DNA of 52,335 nucleotides, the filler included, from Stramenopiles sp. TOSAG23-2 (Eukaryota): NCBI GenBank assembly GCA_900128395.1. It is 3 parts of 3 records of this genome, joined end to end, with 100 filler letters (N's around TTAATTAATTAA, not from the genome) between each part and the next. Parts side by side here need not be neighbours in the genome. Positions count along the whole stretch, not along the records: positions 1 to 17,415 come from LT649646.1; positions 17,516 to 34,905 come from LT649647.1; 1 more part is not named here. One strand, given 5' to 3'. Positions 11,048 to 20,646 of this stretch are shown piece after piece; position 1 is the stretch's first letter; each line of letters opens with the position of its first letter. The notes under the pieces were generated by a model. It did not search any database. It worked only from the letters and a program-made list of their open reading frames with translations, and was not told the origin of the DNA. A program made the translations under genes and the position numbers.

Positions 11048-11968
11048 CTAAACCAACGCACCATATTTATCTTTTAAATTCTTTTCTTGGCTTGCTTTTT
11101 GACCAGGTAAATATAAATCATTTGGCTTTTGCATATCCATTTTTAAATTATTTGAATTGATGCTACCAACTAAATCGCTGAATTCGTAGGTAACAATATC
11201 ATCCGCGTTAAAACCAGCATTTGTTTGAAATTTCGTGATTCCAGCTTTCGTTGCAGCCGATTCTAAAATAACTTTCTGTGCATTAGCATTAGAGATATTT
11301 TTCGATTTCATTAAATTTGCATTCTTTTGTATGACGTTAACATCATATACATTTTGTGCATTTAAAACATTAATTTGAGCAGTTATATTTGCAACTTGTA
11401 ACTGCGTTTCTTCTTTTGCAAGCATAGTCTTTCCTTCAACAATTGCAATCGCTGCAGCAGTTTCTTTTTCGAATTTCTTATTTGCAGCAATCATTTTTGC
11501 TCTTTCATATGCTACTTGGGTATTTGTTGTTTCCTTTGTAAATTCTAACGATTTTTCCAAAATTTTAATTGAATTTGTTACCAATTGATTATCTTCAAGC
11601 AATTTTTTATCTCGAGCCGATGTTCTTTTGGTTATAACTTGATTAGTTTCTCGCACTATTACATCCGTATCCAACTGTGCTTTAATTAATGTATATTCAA
11701 TTTCATTTAATTGAATTTTTTTTAATTCTTGATCCAAATCTTGTGGCAAGATAACAGCACGCATTTGGAAGTCAATCATAGATACATATCGTTGTTTCAA
11801 CTCTACATCTAATGCTTGCTTAAAATGCTGTTCAATTTGTATTCGTTTATCGAAATAGTCACTAGATCCATATAAAGATCCAATATCCCTAACTTTGGCT
11901 CGTGCGATGGCAACTATAATGGAATTGTATTCCGTTCCATATGTAACATACAATGTATACAAAAACAT
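11048..11968 (-). CDS. SPFH/Band-7 (prohibitin-like) protein with long coiled-coil tail, apparently lacking its N-terminal part
   Basis: LYVTYGTEYNSIIVAIARAKVRD...YFDKRIQIEQHFKQAL...IDFQMRAVILP resembles the second half of an SPFH domain, followed by Ala/Glu/Lys-rich heptads. The only nearby ATG is at 11968, 47 bp from the ATG of the opposite-strand gene. Confidence 0.6.
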   Translation of the reverse strand: MFLYTLYVTYGTEYNSIIVAIARAKVRDIGSLYGSSDYFDKRIQIEQHFKQALDVELKQRYVSMIDFQMRAVILPQDLDQELKKIQLNEIEYTLIKAQLDTDVIVRETNQVITKRTSARDKKLLEDNQLVTNSIKILEKSLEFTKETTNTQVAYERAKMIAANKKFEKETAAAIAIVEGKTMLAKEETQLQVANITAQINVLNAQNVYDVNVIQKNANLMKSKNISNANAQKVILESAATKAGITKFQTNAGFNADDIVTYEFSDLVGSINSNNLKMDMQKPNDLYLPGQKASQEKNLKDKYGALV

Positions 11969-12015
11969 ATACAAAGTACAATTAACAAAATAAAAGACAG
12001 ACGAACATTGAAACC

Positions 12016-13788
12016 ATGATGAATCCAATAATAGTAATAACAATATATATCAGTTTATGTCTTATCAATAATAATAACAGTTGTTATGGGGCAGATACAA
12101 CAAAAGAGGATGATGTTGAATTTGATGTTGTCTTTCATCAACCTACGTTAGGATTAGAATTATCACCTGAATTAGTAGTAATAGGCTTTGCAAAAAAAGC
12201 CACAGCATCACATGGTAATGTACATGTTGGCGATAAAATTGTTGCCGTAAATGGCAAATCATTGGCTGGTTTATCTGGCATAGCCGCATCGCGCGTGATT
12301 AAAAGTGCAGCCGCGCCACGTAAATTAACATTTCGCTCCACTGTAAAAGGTTTAAAACGTGTTATTGTGGATGAGGAGAATTTATCAGAATCCTTTGAAA
12401 AGCGTGATTATGTTCAAATTTTAACTGGAACAGGCGGCAACAATAATGATAATAATAATAATAATAATAATGGCGATGATGGAGCTGCGAATGATCCGGA
12501 TGAAGGTGTTGCTGGACGCTTGCCATTTGCTAGTGCATTGTTTGGACCGACCAAATCGATTGATATTGGTGGTAAAGGAACGTTTTCCATGGCACCAGCA
12601 AAGAATTTTTCATGGTGTAAACCTTACCAACTTGTTTTTGCTGAACCTCGAGATGCTTGTGGTGCATTAAGAAATGAAAAAGATGTTTTTAATAAAATTG
12701 TTATTGTCCATCGTGGAACGTGTAGTTTCGTCACAAAAGCATGGCAATTACAAGCATCTGGTGCTGTTGCTATGATTGTTATTAATGTTGATTCTAGTAT
12801 TTTTCGTATGCCGGAAGGTAATTTAGATACAGATGGGTTAAAAATTGCATCATTCATGCTGCAACTAGATGCACTAATGGCGTTGGAACCATTGATTATG
12901 GACAATGCAAATAGTCACAGTCTACGTGCACGTTTTATAACACCAAATGCATGTAAAGATATTGAACAATCAACAAAATCCATTGTTAGTAATTTAAAAT
13001 TAACAACTAGTAACAATGAAATAACTGTTGATGTAAATGGAGATGTAGTTATTAAGAAAAACAACAATAAAGATGGTCAAAACAATGTAAATAATAATAA
13101 TAATAATAATAATATTTTTCAAATCAATAGTAAAAAATATGATGGTAAAGGTGGTCGAATCATTTTTAGAAGTAAGACTGGTAAAGTTTTAAAAGGTGAA
13201 TTTCTGCATTTTTTAACTGGGTCCAAAACTTTGCCATCAAGAGGCGTTACGTTGAATTTAGCAAATCCAACAAATGCATGTAAAAAAATTGACAATGTTA
13301 TACCTGGATCTTGGGTTTACGTTGAACGTGGAGGTTGTTCGTTTTATGATAAAATATTGCATTCAAGTCGAGCCAATGCTGGTGGTATCCTGATTGTAAA
13401 CGATATGCCAGGACTAGCACATGGTAAAGGTATGAAAGCCGGGACGACTGTTGATAAAGATGATTCTACTCATATACCCACTGTCATGATAAGTGGCAGC
13501 TTAGGACGCACTTTGAGTTCGTTAATGACATTACCAGCTGTGGTAGAATTACAATTTGATGACAATATTTTTCAACGTTGGAATGAATTGATTGATTTGG
13601 AAAATTTGGAAAATTGGCCAAAAAATAGTAATGAACAACGTGCATTTTTCAAAACACTGAGTATGTTAAATCACCCAGATAAAAGTGGTGGTAATAATGA
13701 ACGTTTTTCATATTTGAAGAGTTTATATGATAAGGCAGATCGTGCTTTGAGTTTAAATGGTAATAGTAATGATGATGAGTTGCTTTAA
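12016..13788 (+). CDS. Secretory-pathway protein: signal peptide, PDZ-like domain, two PA (protease-associated) domains, partial J domain, KDEL-like end
   Basis: PDZ-like LGLEL...VHVGDKIVAVNGKSL. PA1 AEPRDAC...IVIVHRGTCSFVTKAWQLQASGAVAMIVIN. PA2 ANPTNAC...VERGGCSFYDK...AGGILIVN..IPTVMIS. J-like LSMLNHPDKSGGNNERFSYLKSLYD. Ends DDELL. Confidence 0.85.
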   Translation: MMNPIIVITIYISLCLINNNNSCYGADTTKEDDVEFDVVFHQPTLGLELSPELVVIGFAKKATASHGNVHVGDKIVAVNGKSLAGLSGIAASRVIKSAAAPRKLTFRSTVKGLKRVIVDEENLSESFEKRDYVQILTGTGGNNNDNNNNNNNGDDGAANDPDEGVAGRLPFASALFGPTKSIDIGGKGTFSMAPAKNFSWCKPYQLVFAEPRDACGALRNEKDVFNKIVIVHRGTCSFVTKAWQLQASGAVAMIVINVDSSIFRMPEGNLDTDGLKIASFMLQLDALMALEPLIMDNANSHSLRARFITPNACKDIEQSTKSIVSNLKLTTSNNEITVDVNGDVVIKKNNNKDGQNNVNNNNNNNNIFQINSKKYDGKGGRIIFRSKTGKVLKGEFLHFLTGSKTLPSRGVTLNLANPTNACKKIDNVIPGSWVYVERGGCSFYDKILHSSRANAGGILIVNDMPGLAHGKGMKAGTTVDKDDSTHIPTVMISGSLGRTLSSLMTLPAVVELQFDDNIFQRWNELIDLENLENWPKNSNEQRAFFKTLSMLNHPDKSGGNNERFSYLKSLYDKADRALSLNGNSNDDELL

Positions 13789-14166
13789 AAATTAAATAGT
13801 ATGATACCAACAAGAAGAGATATAATATTAATTTTATATATTTTATACACAAAATCTAATAAAAAAATACGACGATATTCGTGTAATAATTTTTACTTCC
13901 CGTGGAAAATACTACACGCTCAATACTCAATCTTGTAGGAAGAATGCATTGTTAATCCTCTCAAAATGTATACGCGTGTATAATAATAAATAAAATATAT
14001 TGTCGTCGAAGTACGAGTATGAGTAAGATATACGTTCGTAATATATATATACTTTCGTACAAAAATATTTTTAATAATTTTTAAATTTACAAGAGTGCAA
14101 AACAAAATATTTTTTTTTTTTCAACTTTCATTTACACACACTTCTCTCATCAGTTCTCGTTCATTT

Positions 14167-17124
14167 TTAACAATTATTAGGACAATGTACACAAAAATCT
14201 GTTTTATGTAAACTCGTTTTGCCAAATAATTCCTCTCTTAAGCCAAATCCAGCACGGCAACTATCCGTACAAACTTTTACCCAATTGTTCTTCGCACCAA
14301 GTGCATCAAAGGGCATCTTCCTAGTGTTGAAGATGTCAAAACCAAACGTTTCAGGTTTCAAAAAAACTTGATCAACTGTTTCATCACAATATTGCGCACA
14401 ATCTAACGATGATGGTATACCTTTTAATAATGCTTCTCGGCATCCGTTTAAACATCCAGATTTATCAATTCCAGTTGCCGTAAAATTTGACCTTTCACAT
14501 ACAGACATACATGGTGACCATTTTCGCAAATCGTCACATGCTGCTTCCTTATTTGTATGAATTTGTCTTAAATACGACAAATCCCTCGCAGCTTTGCGTG
14601 CATGGCATTCCCCATTGCAAGGTATGATACCTTTTGTTCTTTTTAAACGATTTGCAGTCGAATCTTGATTTAAATCAGCATCTAAATCGTCCTTTGGAAT
14701 AATTGTTTGGCAACACAATGTACATGTTTTGATCCATGTTTTACCATCTTCATCTTGTGCCGTTACACCAGGCAAAACTTGACCTAATGTTTTCGGACAA
14801 TATTCCGTACATTTATAATTGGTATCTAATATAGTAGATGGGTCCAACGATTCTACTTTTTCTTCCATCACTCTATCCCTGTTGTCCAATACCAAGCCTT
14901 CTCGTACTAATTGGTCTAAGACTAACTTATCTCGCTTCACCAATTCATACGGTATCGCATCTGCATCATTGTAAGTAAACGGTAAATTTGCATTATGTAT
15001 TACCATTTTTAAAATATCACGTGTTGTTTTCGACGTTTTAGTAGGCGAGTTAAATTTTTTCTCCTCCTCTGATGGTTTATTTGCATTTGCCATTTTAACT
15101 AAATCTGGTTGTGCCTGTTGCAATTCTCCTTTCAGTTCATCTCTAAATTTTTGCTTTGTCTTTTCATCAAGTGATGATAACGTAGAACTTTTCCCTGCTA
15201 CCTTTCCCGATGACGGTTCCTGTAGAAAATTTGTACTACCTGGAGTATTGTGATCTGGTAAAAAAGCTTGCACGGAATCAGCACCTGGAGCTGGCTTTGA
15301 ATAATCATCACCTGTTAATGGATTGTTCTCCCTCGTATTTGTTCCATTGGCCAATGTACCAACACTTTTTTCATCTTTTAGTTGATAGCCTTCTAACCAT
15401 TTTAACACACCTAAACGTTTAATTAAACCTTCTCTTCGTTTTGCTTTCTCTTCCCTCCCTTGATTCCTTATTTCAACGCCAGCAGGTGGTTTATTTGGGG
15501 AATTGGACCGATATTTATCACGTTGTCGTTTCCGTGCACTGCAGCCATGCATACAGCCAGATCTACCGATTGATGTTAAATTTGCAGCATACTTTGTAAT
15601 GCACGTATCTGGTTTTTTACTGGCTTCCTCACGTTTTAAATTAGCTTGTGCTCTGGCAAGGGAACCATGCTTCACTTGCTCCTCTGCTTTTTTATCTCCT
15701 AATGAATCGATTTTTTTCTCAATTTCAAGGTTACGTTTCTTATGTACATCTTCTAATTTCTTCAATTCCTCACTATGATCTTTTAATTCCAAACGTGCTT
15801 GTGTACATTTACCATTGCCACGTGGGATATGTTTAGGCCATCCTTTTAAATTTTTTGATTTTCCATCTAAACTTTTCATGTAATCACCAGCAGTACCAAT
15901 CGTTTTTAAATATGTTTTAGCTGCTGCTGCGCCAGCTTTGATACCATCGTCCCAAATACTATACCATGCTCCATCTGCAACATTTTCTGCCATATCTAAC
16001 ATCATGCCGATTTGAACCAATGCTAATTTTGCTGCTTTCTTCGCATCTTCAATTAATGGTCCCATTTTTGGCGATAAATCTAATATTTGATCGGCATCTT
16101 TCTTTGTGCTTTTATTTTCTACGATCGTTGTCTTTGCTTGTAACAATGCTTTTTGTGTACTGTCCAAATATTTCACCGTTTTTACTCCTAATTTACCTTC
16201 TGTCATTGGCGCACAATCACCACAACGTTTGACACAACGTAATGCTTTGTATGTCTCTGCTTCAGCTATGCGAAAATTACTCGTTGCTTCTTGTAAGGAA
16301 GAGATTAAATCATTAATTTTTTTCATGGTATCATCCCCCCATTTACCAGCACCAGTTAATTGTTCCTTTGCAGAATCACCAAGTTTTTTTATTGTTTCAA
16401 TTGATTCAATCCCACAACTTGTTGAAGCATCGATTTTCATTTTAAATGCTTCGATTTGTACAACTTTAATCGTCCCTTTCGCAGATACGGCAGCACATGG
16501 TGCTTCTTTTTCATTTTGATATATACCTAATTTTTCCCTAGGTAATGGTATTCGTAATGGTATGTGTGATTTCTCCGTACCAACAAATTCCGACTTTTTT
16601 GGTGGTTCTTCTTCAACAACTTCTTCCTCAACAGTTTCGTATTCTGATTCTCCCGGTTTCACTGGACCTTTCTTTTTCCGTTTCACTTTTTTCTTCACTA
16701 TTTTTTTATCCCATTCCAATATATTACTATTTTTCCCTGTCTCGATACGAATTGGACCGGCTGGTATATTTACTTCTAATACTTTTGACGATTGTAATGC
16801 TGTTGGTCTAACGATCTTATGTCGACCTAATTGTTGATCTGCTGGGCTATTTTCCGTTGCTTCCCCACCGTGTTCATTTGGCTCTGTTGGTTGCAAATGG
16901 CTGCAAGGTGCATTTGGTGTGGCCGATTGACAATGAGCATATGGTTCTGGATTAAAATCAGGATGTAAAATACCTTGTCCAGCACCTTTATTGTTATTGT
17001 TATTTCTCAAAAATTGTAGTTGTTCGTTCTGTTTACGACGAACTATGTTATTTGCGACAGAAAAACGTGGTGTTATTAATATACATAATATGGTCATTAA
17101 AACATTTAAGATATTCTTTCTCAT
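14167..17124 (-). CDS. Large secreted Cys-rich and coiled-coil protein of unknown function (start uncertain; upstream in-frame ATGs exist)
   Basis: Long open frame. MRKNILNVLMTILCILITPRFSVA is signal-peptide-like. Repeated CxxxC/CxxGC pairs (CMHGC, CNGEC, CMSVC, CLNGC, CAQYC, CTDSC). Confidence 0.75.
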   Translation of the reverse strand: MRKNILNVLMTILCILITPRFSVANNIVRRKQNEQLQFLRNNNNNKGAGQGILHPDFNPEPYAHCQSATPNAPCSHLQPTEPNEHGGEATENSPADQQLGRHKIVRPTALQSSKVLEVNIPAGPIRIETGKNSNILEWDKKIVKKKVKRKKKGPVKPGESEYETVEEEVVEEEPPKKSEFVGTEKSHIPLRIPLPREKLGIYQNEKEAPCAAVSAKGTIKVVQIEAFKMKIDASTSCGIESIETIKKLGDSAKEQLTGAGKWGDDTMKKINDLISSLQEATSNFRIAEAETYKALRCVKRCGDCAPMTEGKLGVKTVKYLDSTQKALLQAKTTIVENKSTKKDADQILDLSPKMGPLIEDAKKAAKLALVQIGMMLDMAENVADGAWYSIWDDGIKAGAAAAKTYLKTIGTAGDYMKSLDGKSKNLKGWPKHIPRGNGKCTQARLELKDHSEELKKLEDVHKKRNLEIEKKIDSLGDKKAEEQVKHGSLARAQANLKREEASKKPDTCITKYAANLTSIGRSGCMHGCSARKRQRDKYRSNSPNKPPAGVEIRNQGREEKAKRREGLIKRLGVLKWLEGYQLKDEKSVGTLANGTNTRENNPLTGDDYSKPAPGADSVQAFLPDHNTPGSTNFLQEPSSGKVAGKSSTLSSLDEKTKQKFRDELKGELQQAQPDLVKMANANKPSEEEKKFNSPTKTSKTTRDILKMVIHNANLPFTYNDADAIPYELVKRDKLVLDQLVREGLVLDNRDRVMEEKVESLDPSTILDTNYKCTEYCPKTLGQVLPGVTAQDEDGKTWIKTCTLCCQTIIPKDDLDADLNQDSTANRLKRTKGIIPCNGECHARKAARDLSYLRQIHTNKEAACDDLRKWSPCMSVCERSNFTATGIDKSGCLNGCREALLKGIPSSLDCAQYCDETVDQVFLKPETFGFDIFNTRKMPFDALGAKNNWVKVCTDSCRAGFGLREELFGKTSLHKTDFCVHCPNNC

Positions 17125-17415
17125 GAAAAATGAATTATTATTATTATTATGTCTCTTACTATTATGTATCATATTATTATTATAAGACAATAATGAAAAA
17201 GTAGTTGACCTATGACTATTATTATTATCATTATGTAGACATTGTTGTTTATTTATTATAGTATGTATATGTTCATCTGTGAACGTGTTCATGGTATTCT
17301 TGCACTTCATGTTGATTGTATATTTCGTATAGATATTTATATACACGCGATTGTTATATATACATATATATATGTATATATACAATGTGATCAAGTGTGT
17401 ATCTCTCTTTCTTTT

Positions 17416-17515
17416 NNNNNNNNNNNNNNNNNNNNNNNNNNNNNNNNNNNNNNNNNNNNTTAATTAATTAANNNNNNNNNNNNNNNNNNNNNNNNNNNNN
17501 NNNNNNNNNNNNNNN
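17416..17515. other. Artificial contig-joining spacer (44 N + TTAATTAATTAA + 44 N)
   Basis: Exactly 100 bp. The central 12-mer supplies stop codons in all six frames. Identical to the spacer at 34906. Confidence 0.97.
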
Positions 17516-17803
17516 CCGTTTTGGTTACAGAGTGTTACAGTTTATAAGTTGGGTGTTTTAGGGTGTCGTTTGGATTTTTTTCCCTCCTATCAAAGGGGTA
17601 ACACTAATATATAATTAGTATTGTTTTATCTTAAATTATACTTGTTACTATACTAAACCTACTTTTAAAAGTTTTTAGTCGCACCCGCAAAAAAGCCAAT
17701 CATAAATATATATACTATAACGCGTATCCTTTTAATCATATTATATATATATTTCTATCTATTAGATAATATCTATTAGATAATATCTATAATAATAATA
17801 ATA

Positions 17804-18769
17804 TTGAATTATAAAGATGGGATCGTGTTAACTGGTGGTGCTGGTGTTGCTACACAGTTTCCAATTGTTGGTGGTATGGATTTTAGTGGAAAGGTAGTCT
17901 CTTCGAAATCAGATAAGTTCAAGAAAGGTGATTCAGTAGTATTAACTGGTGGATATGCTGGTCAACATATGGATGGTGGTTATGCTGATATTGTAAAAAC
18001 AAAATCAGAATGGTTGATACCTTTGCCAAATTATATAAATGAACGTGAAGCAATGATAATAGGTACAGCTGGTTTCACTGCTATGCAATGTATCAGGGAC
18101 TTGGAACGTGTTCATAGTATAAAACGAGGTGAAACAAAAGCGCCAGTATTAGTAACTGGTGCAGGTGGTGGTGTCGGAAATTTTGCAATAGCAATTCTTT
18201 CAAAACTTGGGTATAATGTCGTTGCATCTACTGGTAGAAAAGATACGTTGGAAACATATTTGAAAAAAATTGGAGCTAATGAAGTTATTGATCGTTTAGG
18301 AAAGCCAAGACCGCTTGGTAAAGAAATATATGCTGGTGTTGTTGATACAGTAGGTGGTGATGGTTTAACAGCTGCATTAGGTCAAACAATGTATGGAAAA
18401 GCGGTTGCAGCTTGTGGAAATGCTGGTGGGCCTGCATTTGCTGCTTCTGTATTTCCATTTATATTAAGAGGTGTAAAATTACTTGGGATTGAAAGTGTAC
18501 AGTGCCCAAGAGAAGAACGAATGGCAGTTTGGGAAATGTTAAGTACATGCTTGCCACGTGAATTTATGGAAGATATTGCAACATCTGTACAATTGGAAGA
18601 TCTTGTTAACATGGGTCCAAATGTAAGTGTATTTTATTGTTTTCCCTACACAGTAATAGATATCCTCTCTCTCTCTCTAACAAATCGCTCTTTAATATAA
18701 CAGATCATGGCTGGAGAAGTACAAGGTAGAATTATTGTTGATGTTGCTAATGTCAATAGTAAATTGTGA
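17804..18769 (+). CDS. acuI: AcuI/YhdH-family MDR oxidoreductase (acryloyl-CoA reductase-like), 5'-incomplete, one intron (18623-18703), C-terminal PTS1 SKL
   Basis: LNYKD, GMDFSGKV, AMIIGTAGFTAM, VLVTGAGGGVG, ASTGR, VDTVGG, AACGNAGG, VFPFILRGVKLLGIESV. The 81-bp intron GTAAGT...CTCTAAC...ACAG restores the family C-terminus IMAGEVQGRIIVDV followed by ANVNSKL-stop. Confidence 0.88.
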
Positions 18770-19335
18770 GAAAAACATATTTACGGTTCTTGCAGTAATT
18801 ATTACACGAGTAGAGATTATATTTCAACACATGTTTATATAGTATAATAAAAAAGAATTCGTATAAAAATATGCACAGTGATGAAGATAAGGAGATTTTT
18901 TTTATAAAAGATAAATTTTTCCCTAAAATTTGTCTTCATCATTTAAAATTCCTAAATTTCTTTCCAAAGAGTCTGACGACGCAGACCAGGCTGGGCAGGC
19001 CCAGCAGGCAGACTATATAAAATTCCGAATCGCCAAAGTAAAAGAATACCTTAAATAAGGACACCCCTCAACTAAAAACGGTTGTAAAAAATTATAAACT
19101 TAAACTATTCCGATACGATTAAATACCTATACGAGAGGACACATGTGTGTACATCATGCGAATTACTGTATACACATCTTCCATCTAAATTACTCAACGA
19201 AAAGAAAGATAGACATTGATATATTATATATATATGAACAACGTTTATAAAAAAAAACCTAAATATTATATTTTGGTGTGAAAGTGAATTGTACATGTGC
19301 TATTTTTTCCATCTCTACAAAGTGAATTATAAAAC

Positions 19336-20177
19336 ATGGAAAAGCAAGTTGGATTATGGAATTCTTCCATGTTAGATAGACCAAAAAGAAAAAGCAAACG
19401 TAGTAAACGACGAAGGTATCATTCATCCTCCTATCATAAATATAAGAAAGAAGAGACGCCAAGAGAAGTAAGTGCTGCTGGAAAAAATGGTGCTGCATTA
19501 GATTCGCAAGTATTGTTTATAGATGCAAATTATAAAAAAGATGTACGATTAGGTATTGAAATCGATGATGAAGAAGATGAGTAAGAACTGTATATAATAA
19601 TAAAAAACAATATAATAATCAACATGATGAAGAATCTAGAAATACAAAGTCAAAAAATGTACAACCTGTACAAGAAATTATGGTTTTATGGAAATATGAA
19701 ATTGATCCAAAACATAGAGGATTTTTAAAATTAGCACCAACTAAAGATCGTATAGAAAATGGAAAATGGGTTGATTTTAATAAAATCTATGATGAAATTA
19801 ATTCTGATGGTAAATTTAGATATTTTTGCGAATATGCTGATAAAAAAGAATGGAAAAGAGCATTTCGTGCTGGAATTGCCGAAGAAAAACGTGTTGCAAA
19901 AACTGGAAAAACATTGAAATATAAATCATTAGATGAAAAATTTGAGAAAGAATATGAAATGGAATTTTTAAAAGCGTTTAATGATGAATTGCGTATGAAT
20001 GAAAGTAATAACAATAATGGAACGAAGAAGGGAAGTAAACAACGGGAAAGTAGTCATAAAAAGAAGAAGAAGAAGAAGAAGAAAAATAATAAGAACCATA
20101 GTCCAATACGTGGTAGAAAAAGTGGGAAAAATAGAAACGGTATAAGTAAAAGTATATTACAATTACCATCGTTATGA
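19336..20177 (+). CDS. Hypothetical basic, probably nuclear protein split across two ORFs by a 59-bp intron or a 1-bp frameshift
   Basis: ORF 19336-19584 stops at GAG TAA, while the frame of ORF 19680-20177 is open from 19581. GTAAGA (19581) to TCTAG (19639) would splice in frame. Lys/Arg-rich termini. Confidence 0.55.
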
Positions 20178-20646
20178 AAGTCGATATAATATAGAGTGGA
20201 AGAGAAAGAGCAACAGAAAAAGGATAACAACACAGCAAATAACGATATAGAAGACAGAGAGAGCAGAGAAAGAGAGACATAACTATGACGAGAGATGTGG
20301 GTATTATAATAAAAAAATACAATACTGTGTATATCTTATACTTGTGCACTTACTTGTTAGGCTGGCATCAATAGCAATTAGCAATATCGGTCTATACCAG
20401 GGCTATACCATTATAAAAAAAACCCACTAATAAACCTCATGTTGCTCATCATCCTCCTGTGCACCTGAATAAATGATTGTATATTTCAAAATAATAAAAA
20501 AACAATTTAATTTCAAAAACATTAACATAACAAAAGACACACACGAGGTAATATATATATATATAGATAGATATAGATATATACATTACCAGGATATATC
20601 TCCAATTTAAGAAAGTAATACTGGACATATATATATATATATAATC

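Noticed and set aside
12016-12043. True coding overlap between the SPFH-like ORF and the PA-domain gene
   Set aside because: The overlap depends on a non-ATG start chosen by the ORF caller. The first ATG of the minus-strand frame is at 11968.
17460-17471. TTAATTAATTAA palindrome inside N runs (also 34950-34961) as a biological site
   Set aside because: It is a six-frame-stop linker in identical 100-bp spacers. Gene neighbourhoods across these points carry no meaning.
17550-17566. ttttagggt near a contig start as a telomeric repeat
   Set aside because: A single unit with no tandem array.
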